Assembly: GCA_977018835.1 (NCBI GenBank)
Contig: OZ361260.1
Location: 4,216,001 to 4,265,719, forward strand
Direction: 5' to 3'
DNA: 49,719 bases
From: Minutocellus sp. GHC0000111
Lineage: Eukaryota
In this document: in pieces, positions 41,030 through 49,719 of the stretch
Numbering within the stretch: the stretch's first letter is position 1
How the letters are laid out: each line of letters starts with the position of its first letter
The notes under the pieces: generated by a model
Database searches by the model: none
What the model was told of the DNA's origin: nothing
What the model saw: only the letters and a program-made list of their open reading frames with translations
Program-made: the position numbers and the translations under genes

Positions 41030-42022
41030 ATGAATACAATCCAAGAGGCAACTTCTGCAAAGGTCATTGCATCTTTTGATGCTGCCATAGACCGATTGCG
41101 AGAATCGTCTACAAGACTCCCACTCTCTGACTCGCTCAAAGAAGCCTATAATTGCATCACGAGCTATCACGACGAAGCAGATGGCAAACACATCAATATC
41201 AATCAAAGCGAAGTAGATGGACTCATCTCCCTCCTCCAAAAGCACAAGGACTCGTTGGCAGAGAGCCTTGCCACTACCGTTGAAGAAGATGCAGCGTATG
41301 ATAAGGCACTGAGGAGATATCAAGAATTATACGAGGATGCCGTCAAGGAGCAAAAGGAGCTCCAACAACGCCTGTCCATTCAGCGAACCCGCCACGGCCG
41401 AGTGTCTACTACATTGGAAGGAAATCTATCGACCCTGCGAAACGAGTATGATACTGCCGTCCATCACCATACAGAGAGAGAAAAGGCTATTGATCAATCA
41501 CACCATGAAGAAATCCGATCTATCCAATCTGAGCACCGACAGCAGATGGATGCCCTCTCAACGCAGAAAGCTGCCCTTGAGATACAATTGAACCAGACAA
41601 TAATTCAGTACAAAGACGAGGAAGATGGATTGGTCGCCAAAAGACTAGAGCTACAGGATGTAATCGATTCCGGGTCAACATCCCATACTGAAAAAATGAA
41701 GAAAATTCAAAGTCAGGCTGATGATTGTGAGCGCCGAATGGACGCCGAGACCAAGGAACGAGAGTGGTTGCAGAATCATTTTGATCTGATTGATGAAAAT
41801 GAACGGATTAGGCTTGAGGAGGAGGCAACATTGCGACGAGTAGTTGAGCTAGAGGAGGAAGCAGACCGAATTCTCAATCATGGAGCGACACAATTGCAAA
41901 ATCTATACAGAGGAATGAGGGATCGTGCGGTCGTTGCAAAGTTGAAGAGCAAAAAGAGCAAGGGCCGGAAAGGTACCAATAAAGGAGGGGCAAAAAAGAA
42001 GAAGAAAGGTGGAAAGAAGTAA
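41030..42022 (+). CDS. DRC10: Dynein regulatory complex subunit 10 (IQCD)-like
   Basis: Long coiled coil, a C-terminal IQ-like motif ATQLQNLYRGMRDR, and a Lys/Gly tail (KKKKKGGKK). Confidence 0.65.
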   Translation: MNTIQEATSAKVIASFDAAIDRLRESSTRLPLSDSLKEAYNCITSYHDEADGKHININQSEVDGLISLLQKHKDSLAESLATTVEEDAAYDKALRRYQELYEDAVKEQKELQQRLSIQRTRHGRVSTTLEGNLSTLRNEYDTAVHHHTEREKAIDQSHHEEIRSIQSEHRQQMDALSTQKAALEIQLNQTIIQYKDEEDGLVAKRLELQDVIDSGSTSHTEKMKKIQSQADDCERRMDAETKEREWLQNHFDLIDENERIRLEEEATLRRVVELEEEADRILNHGATQLQNLYRGMRDRAVVAKLKSKKSKGRKGTNKGGAKKKKKGGKK

Positions 42023-42063
42023 ATTGAGTAGTCGTATTCTTATTCGATCTTGCTACTAGCTGA

Positions 42064-45000
42064 TTACATTGCTAGCACGTTTGCAATTTTATGACCCCTG
42101 CGAGCTCGCGCCTTCATAATCTTCGCCGACAGGACCTTGAAAGCATGTCCGGCTGCCGTCTCATCTTCGAACCAGAGATCCATCCTACTTCGCGTCAACC
42201 TTACAGTGTTGCGGGGGACTCCAAACGGAATATCTTCTGGTATAAATACTCCAGGAGATGTCGGACTTGATGATGCAAACGATAACAGGAGACGCCGAGC
42301 CGGTGACGCACTTTCTTCTGCCGGAGGATCGTCCTTCTCTGCGCGCAAACATGAAAGTGGGCAAGAGGATACGACACGGCCATTACCACCGGAGCCGCCC
42401 TTTTCGGGCTCTGCCAATATCATATACTTTCCAAGAATTACCAAGTACAGCGACTGCCATTTGATGCCCTCGGCGACAACGCAGGCTCCTTTATCGGTAA
42501 AGAGCGTCGAACTGTCAGGCGACACTTCGCAAACACACGGAAAAGCGGCTCGACCAACGAGGCCGACAACTGAGCCAGGTTGAGGATGTTGAGAATCTTG
42601 GTGATAGTAGCGACTGCTGTTACTAGCAGTAGCAGAGCTACCGCCTGAATTGTCCTTCTCTTCATCCAAGAGAATAGATGCAACATTGTCATCCAGCGGG
42701 GCAAAAATACATCGATCGGGTCCACTGCACCCATCATAAGAAGCCTCTTCGTCATCATTGTCCTCGTCACCACCATCATTGTCGCTCTTGCATAATTTGC
42801 CGTACAAAGTCGCCAATTGCTGTTGATCGGATGGTATCGAAGTGGAAAAGAAACGCGAGAATGAATCTATTCTCAAATGAGCAAAGGCGCTTCTAGCTCC
42901 GCTCTGTAAGGGCGCGAGTACGTCATCTGCAGAGAGTAAATCGACCGGTTTACGGCATACGTAACCACAAATATCATCCAGAGAGCTTCTCTGCGTAACA
43001 GGAACGAAGCAGGGACCACTTTGCTTATCTTTGTCACCGGATATACATATGGAAAATCTACCCAGAGATTCCACGATAGATTTCTCCTTTGCCAAATACG
43101 GATCGAAAAACAATTGATCCGTAATCAGATCCATTCGGGCGTCATTTGTGGGGTCGGAGCTCTTTGATCCGGACGATCGACCATTCATCGGGAAAGATGG
43201 CATTGCTTTTTCGATACGGTCTGGAATCTGAGCAAGGCACGCCTTTGATTGGCGTACGCGGTGTTCCACGAGCTTGGCTGCTGTTGAGTGTGCCATTTCA
43301 TCACACACTGCTGCACGGAGCAGAGCATTGGCTGCGAAAGGATTGAACTCAAGATTCCATAATTCATGTGACGGGGAAAGTGTGGCAGTCATTATACCAA
43401 TACATAAGGAAGATATAGTTTCCAACACGTAGTTGCCAACAAATGTTGTTGGCGACTTGATACCCGCTCCGAGGATTATTTTGGATGTGAGATGTTGCTC
43501 AATGGTGGAAAATGCAGCATCTGTAGTAAAGAATGCAAGCTGCTGCAGCGCCGACATGCCATCTGTGCCTCCCAAACAGGCGAGCATTGCGCGTCGATAT
43601 GGATTGTCTTTGGTATCCTGAGCACAATGAGATGGATCGACTGTACTTTGAAAGACATTTGACAATGCAGGCGCTAGGACAAAGACGCATGTCTGATCCA
43701 TATCGCCTTGACGAGATATTTCAGTGCAAGATTTGACATCAGCAGAGTCGCTTTCGGTACCTGGAGAATCTTGCCCATAAGCATAAAAATCTATAGCGTC
43801 ACAATCGGATCGAACGCAAACTTGGTTGGCAGAGCCTCTTCTTCTTGACACAACTGCAGGTTTCGCTTTGACAATGAGCCCGCCTTCCGATACAGGTGCC
43901 AAGGGATGGAATAGGGCTGTTAGAAGCAAATGCAAAAGAGGCTTGTTCGTTATCGTGTGAAAGACTGCAGATGCGAGAAACAATGCCGTCTTCGCAGGAG
44001 CAGAGTCTGGATCCGACGTAGTCTTGGCCGAAGGACTGCAGGAAGAATCATCCGACGAAAAGGGATTCTGCGGCATCTCGGGCATTTCTTGGTCGCTTGA
44101 TGCTACGCCTGGAAGATCTCCCGTTGATCCTGGCGGAGTGGGATGTCTCCGCTGCATGAATAGACTCAAGGGCTACATCAACAGGGGATAAATGAATGTC
44201 GCCAACATCATTTCAATAGTTTGTTCGTTGACCGACGTCAAACCAACCTTGAGCAAGTCTTCAAGAAGGAGAAGTTCGTCTTGCAAATCGGCGCCAAGGT
44301 CTCGAAATGTATCACAGAGACGTTGTCGCTTGGACTCAAACTGTTCCATTTCATGCAATATTTCATCCACCGTCTTCTTCCCCCTTCCATTTGACACCAC
44401 CGGTCCAGACTGTAAAGCACGAAGGTTGGCAACACATCGCCTTTCCTTGGCATCGAGTTCATCGAAATTCCGGATTGATTCACTAATCGCCCCACAAAGG
44501 TGTCCAAGTTTCATAAATATTGGCGAAACTAGGCTCTCCACTCGTTCAGGAACACACACATGACTAGCAATTGCCATCCTCTCTCGGAGGGGTAGCGCTG
44601 CAGACTTGTGAAGAGCGGCATCCGGCGACTTGAACGACGGACCCTTACTTTCATCACCGCTAGCGCTATTTTTGTCGTCATCACCACTAATGACAGCTAT
44701 TCGTATTCAGACATATGTTCATGGCTGTAACGCGAACGAACGAGTCTTGATCTTTCGAACAGAATTGTAAAGCTCGATCATATAGCGGGAACTTCACCTC
44801 TTGCACCTCTGGTTGCTTCAAAGGGATTCTTTCAGTCTCTGATTCCTCATTGGCAGGTCTTGGTGTTATTATACCACCATTCAATATCCTTATCGGCATC
44901 AATATTGGCATTCTCTGTCGTATTCACCGTCATCTTGTCCGCCGCCAGTTCTGCCAAGTCACTCAATGATGATCCGCTGTTTGATCGACTAACGTTCTTG

Positions 45001-46226
45001 CTCCCCGTATGCTCAGGATATGTCAAAAAGAATTGCAATGTTTCTTCGTTCATTCTCATGGCCAAGCTCTTGAGAAAACTGACAAAATGTGTCGTTAACT
45101 CAGCCATTTCAGCACTAGCGTCGCGTCCAGCACTACTACTCTGCTGATGTCGGAGCACATTACGACGAGAACCGTCGGCAGCCGCTGTTTTATGGACTTC
45201 CTCCTCGGCCATTTGGTACAAACCCAGAGGCAAGTTGATGAGATCATTGACGCGATTGTTGGACATGAGAAAATATAGGGAAGTGACACGAACAACATTT
45301 TGAAGAAGGATCGATACAGACTGCACAGCTTGAGTGGCAATCGACATTGGCGGAAGGAGGACGACGTTATCATCGTCGTCGCTATCCTCTTCAATATCGC
45401 CTGTGTGACCATCGGGTGCTTCCGCCGGACGAGTAGTTCCAAAGTTCGTAGACGAGGATGCACATTCCATATCGGCGGTGGAGGAAGCCGTACTGGTATC
45501 ATTGTCATCCACGAGCGCACCGCGAAAAGCTTCACCAGTCGTCAACCTAACAATGGTGCGCAATCCTTCTCGTTCACAAAAGCATTCGAAGACGGCTTGA
45601 TGGGCATCGTACTCGGCCATGGGATCATCCTGCCGCGGCTGATCTTCGCCATCGCCCGTGACATTGGCACCCATCTTCTCTGCCCTACCAAGAGCTGCTG
45701 ATGCCGCCCGCTCTCCCTGGACGACCAATTCGGCCGTCCTTCTCAACAGCTCCACCAGTTCAGCCTCAACTTCGCCATTGAAGGGCACAAAGCGTGCCGT
45801 CTGTGGTTGCTTTGGCTTGGATCTATGGTGTTGTCGTCGCTCATTCTTGTCGGTTGTTATAGTACCGGATGCTTCCCCCAACTCCTGCTGTTCTTTCTCC
45901 GCCTGTATCCGCTTGGCCTTTTCATCCATCTCATTGGACACCTCCGCCATGAACTGATTGATGATGGCCGTCTCATCCGCCTCGGTCGATACCAGTACAT
46001 CCTCCTCCGCACTACCTGCTCTCCCCTCCCCTTGTTTGTCACTGCTATGATTGCTATTGCTGTTATCATCGCCGCCAGCTGCAGCGGCAGCACCACGAGC
46101 CTTCCCAACCCCAAAGCCAAAGCGCCGAATGCTGCCCTGCCGGCTTGCACCGGGCAACCGCCGTCTGCTCAGAGTTCTTCCTGTAACACCACCGCCGCCA
46201 TTCTCCCCGGCCGTCGGCGGTGGCAA
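42064..46226 (-). pseudogene. CLEC16A: CLEC16A/FPL-domain protein with two frameshifts and one nonsense codon; 5' end unresolved
   Basis: FPL motifs VELLRRTAELVVQGE, QAVQSVSILLQNV...SLYFLMSNNRVNDLI, FVSFLKSLAMRMNEETLQFF and FPLYDRAL...DSFVRVTAMNICLN. Lesions lie at about 44885 and about 44700, with TAG at 44175-44173 (YPLLM*PLSL). Confidence 0.82.
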
Positions 46227-46906
46227 TTTATTTATATCCTGCTGCTCGTTGGCTTTGCGTTAGGTTTCACTTGTTTTGGCCGAGTTCGAAGGAAGCTGGG
46301 CGGGGATCGGTATACCCCTGTATCGGTATGAAAGGTGCCGGAAATAATATGTGATCGGACGAGGGGATCCCAGTTGATCTCACCCAGACCGAGTGCCTCC
46401 TCCACCCGCACTGTTGGCCCCGAGAGTGTGACCTGTTGTTGTGCTCGCGAGGCCGCCACCGATATGCTCTGCAATTCGATATGCGCAGGCAGAGCAGCAG
46501 GAGGCTGCCATGAGCGAGCAGAGCAGGCTCGAAGGTCGAAAGGCGCCGTCATCATCAATCGTCGCCGCCGTCGTCGCGCGTCGAGGGCTCGTCAGACGAC
46601 AGAGTGACGTAATAAAACGAAAATATTTCGGGATGCGGCAAGATGGAAGCATCGCGTCATTCTCGTCAATCCACCGCCACTCGACGCCCGTTGATTGACG
46701 CTTTCATTTCCGCCGTTGTTCTGGCCGAGTGAGTTAATTGAGCGGTACTTCGTCGACCTTTCGGTTTCAGAGGATTTGTAGAGGGTATACCAATAACCCC
46801 TAAAAAAGGTCATTCTTGCACCCATTTCTCATTTCCCACCACGTGTTTTGTTAGTCGACATTGTTCTCTTCGGGAGGAACACAAACATACTCCTCAACTC
46901 GTGGAT

Positions 46907-46979
46907 ATCTACTGGACCTGCTCATTCAGTAGGTTGCCACCGACCAGTAGTATCCACTGAATTCGCAGGTCCAGTAGAT
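46907..46979. repeat. Long hairpin upstream of the transposase
   Basis: ATCTACTGGACCTGC (46907-46921) pairs with GCAGGTCCAGTAGAT (46965-46979), with an inner ATTCAGT/ACTGAAT stem. Confidence 0.85.
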
Positions 46980-47043
46980 TCTGGCAGGAACACATATATT
47001 TTTTGGTCCCCCGCACACCCCCTCACCGCAACCCGCAAATTTT

Positions 47044-49719
47044 GTGACGATGACGACGACCAACCAGACCACGCCCAAAAAATACAAACGCAGCAGAACT
47101 TCGTTCTCAGGGAGCAAGAGAGGCAACACCAAGGCATCCAGGAAGGCGGCAAAGGCGGCAGCTGAGCCGAAAACACCATCGCCGAGCGCAAACACGTCGA
47201 AGAAGCGGCCACGGTCTCAAATTCGCCCGCCAAACCGTCACCGTCGTCGGCGAAGAAGAGGACGGCCCCTCCTCCTATCCCCATGGCCTTTCTCCTTGCA
47301 GCAGATGTCATTCGAAGGGCTGGTAAGGATCTGTGGTGGAGAGTAACCCCCGATTCCTGCGGCAAAGATGACATTTGTGTTGGTTCTCGGCAGAAATGGG
47401 GGAAGACTGTGCACGTCCTCCTCCCTGCTTTCATCGAGGCCGACTTGTTGCGTTCCAAGTCCGTCGGTGGAGGAAAGTATGAGCTACAGTACAACGAGGA
47501 AAAATGGAAGGACATGCAGCAACATCTCAAGGAGCATTGTAGTATGAAGTTGCACTTGTCGACGTGTCGGCCGAGAGGGAAGACAAGAGACGCAGGGCGC
47601 TTTGTGTTTGTGCTCACAGGTTGCGTAAAAAGAAGGAGGACAACCACCCGAAATTCTCTGGACCGGAGGGACAGAAGGTGCACGAGAAAAGAAATCCCGA
47701 TGAAGTTCTGTTCTCTGGGCGCTCGACTGTCTTAGCTACTAAGCTAGGTGAGAGGTTGTCAGCTCACAGAAAGGAGGTGCAGTCAGCGCATGTTGCGAAG
47801 CAAGAGTAAAATCACTAGTCGACGAGGCCAAGAAACTGGGTTGGATGCCAGCAAGTCTCCTCAGCATACTGAAGGGAACTGGTGATGCTTCCGCCACTGA
47901 AGCAGCTGCAGCCTCCCCCAATGATGAAGGTTTAGGAGGAGCCGATGCTTCCGTTGTCTGTGCCACCTCCAGTGACATTGATGAACAGGTAAAGGTCGCT
48001 CTCGGCCTCGACTTTGTTGTTCGGATGGCCAACGATGACATGCTCCGTCCTCCTCGTCCCAATGCAACCGTCACCGAACCAATACCAATCAGAAAAGAAA
48101 AGCAGGCGAATGAAAGAATGCGGTTCAGCGCCGTGGCTCTCGCGGATTGGTGGGGATGCGGCGACCCAACTCGCACGTATGAAGACCGGCAACAAATTGC
48201 AACTGCCGCGTGTCGGCAAGTTGCGCACGATCACGGTTATGCCAAGTCAACCGGTGGTTCTCAGCTTTACAAGTGGAGAGACCAGCTCTACAAAAGCCTT
48301 GCTGATGGCATCAGCAATCCCATCGGCAGAAAGGAGGTTCGTGGAAGGAAGGCATGCACGGACATGATCGAGGAGAAGGAGCCAGGATGTCTCCGCGAGC
48401 TGTGTCGGCATGCTACTCGGATGAAGGGTGCGATGGCAACCTTTAAGGAGCTAGCTGACTGTGTGAGCGCAAAATCAGCTACTCCAGATGAAGATAGGCT
48501 GACAATTAGTCTCCATCGTCTTCAGCTTTTTCGCTGGTGGAAAAAGCAAGGCGGTAAGGAGAAGTCGTCGATCGAGAAGCCGAGGCTCACCCCCGAATGT
48601 TGCAGGAAGCAACTTGATTGGATCGAAAAGTGGGAGGACATTACGAGACCGATCCCAACATTCCTGTAGCGTATCTTGATGAAAAGTGGTTTTACACTAC
48701 TACTCGGCGACGAAAGATCAAGATGTTGCCACTTTCTGACGAAGAACTAAGCAGTCCGAACCTCGCGTCTATCCATGCTTCCGAGGCAAGCCCGAAAATT
48801 CGATCCAGAAGACACCCTGTCAAAGTTATGTATCTTGGAGTTGTTGGCCGACCAATGAAGGATGAAACCAAAGACGTTGATTTCAATGGGCGCATCATGA
48901 TCAAGAGAGTCGCCAGGGAGCAGAAGGTGGAAAAGCTTACGCGTAATCAGAATTTCTCTCCAGATGCTAAGGTCAACGATGCGCTAAAATATGACAAAGA
49001 TTGGCGCGACATTTACGACGAGAATGCTGACATGACCGCCGGCCATCTTTGCGACCACATTGCCGAAATCTACGGCCTTTCTGAGTTTGTTACAGAGCGA
49101 TTGGAACTTCAATACGAGGACTATAAATCCGACGGTCAGGCAAAAAGTCGCAAGCATGCCGCTGTTGGCTACAATCAAAAGATCTCGAGTCTCAAGCGAC
49201 ACACTCCTGATAGCAATGGAGAGAAGGTGAAGGTTGAGATCGACGACCTTGAGCTCGGGGTGCGGTATCAACGGGGCGATAAGGTTACCAAGGACTGTAG
49301 CTGCGACTCCAAATGGATGTTGGAGACTATGAATGAGGTCGGGAAGGCGATTCGAGACGCACATCATTGGGTGAAGTGGGATCCACAAAATATTCAGGAG
49401 TCTGATGTTATATATCTTATGATGGACAATGCCGGCGGTCATGGGTCCAATGAAGCAGTTGAGAAGTACACCGAGGACCTCAAAAACAAATATAAGATTG
49501 AGATAATCCAGCAGGTTCCTCGGTCGCCCGAGACAAATGTTCTTGATCTCGGCATCTGGATGTCTTTGCAGTCGGCCGTCGAAAAGGAGCATCGCGGTCA
49601 GAAGAATGATGCGAATGCTCTTGACAAGACTGTGATGAAAGTATGGGCCAATGTCGCATCAAAAGAGGCCTTTCTCAATGTATTTGGAAAACTTCCAGTG
49701 ATATATAACAACATCAAGA
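47044..49719 (+). mobile_element. Decayed Tc1/mariner transposase gene of the DD39D (plant-mariner-like) group; runs off the right edge
   Basis: AYLDEKWFY (D at 48678), KVMYLGVVGRP, MDNAGGH (D at 49425) and QVPRSPETNVLDLG (D at 49545) give D-x39-D spacing. At least four frame breaks lie in the 5' half (about 47205, 47630, 47800 and 48645). Confidence 0.88.

Noticed and set aside
46780..46850. Left TIR of the mariner
   Set aside because: Several TA candidates exist, but the right end is outside the window, so no pairing can be shown.
48640..48670. Programmed frameshift in the transposase
   Set aside because: No slippery heptamer, and several other frame breaks indicate decay.
1..49719. CRISPR arrays, rRNA or tRNA genes
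   Set aside because: No regularly spaced repeats, rRNA signatures or cloverleaf/T-loop patterns were seen by eye.

Overview
Gene-dense eukaryotic nuclear DNA, almost certainly from a diatom. Short GT-AG introns and several bipartite signal-peptide plus ASAF-type plastid presequences point to that. IFT52, KAP and DRC10 homologues suggest a centric lineage with flagellated sperm (inference). About 22 host genes are present: BRWD/PHIP-like WD40 protein (runs off the left edge), START-domain protein, plastid PFK, ChlD, a CoaX-like/Tudor-like protein, ferritin, bestrophin, SNF2 ATPase, threonine aldolase, GLDH, DUF2237, a sugar-porter half, GT64, KAP, IFT52, GCP2, a xylitol-dehydrogenase-like SDR, TMEM205, DRC10, CLEC16A and several hypotheticals. 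Mobile DNA comprises a hAT-type MITE with perfect TIRs and an 8-bp TSD, a second decayed MITE, a solo LTR with a 5-bp TSD, and a decayed DD39D mariner at the right edge. Four signals stand out. (1) Gene-specific decay hits four consecutive genes at 23.3-28.3 kb plus CLEC16A, while long neighbouring ORFs are clean. (2) The transposon shows an apparent TpA->TpG/CpA hypermutation signature. (3) Patches of short TA-anchored palindromes occur in many intergenic spacers. (4) A TGTGGCGG-N2-CCGCCACA dyad recurs in two divergent promoters. All family assignments come from motif recognition by eye; no database search was run.
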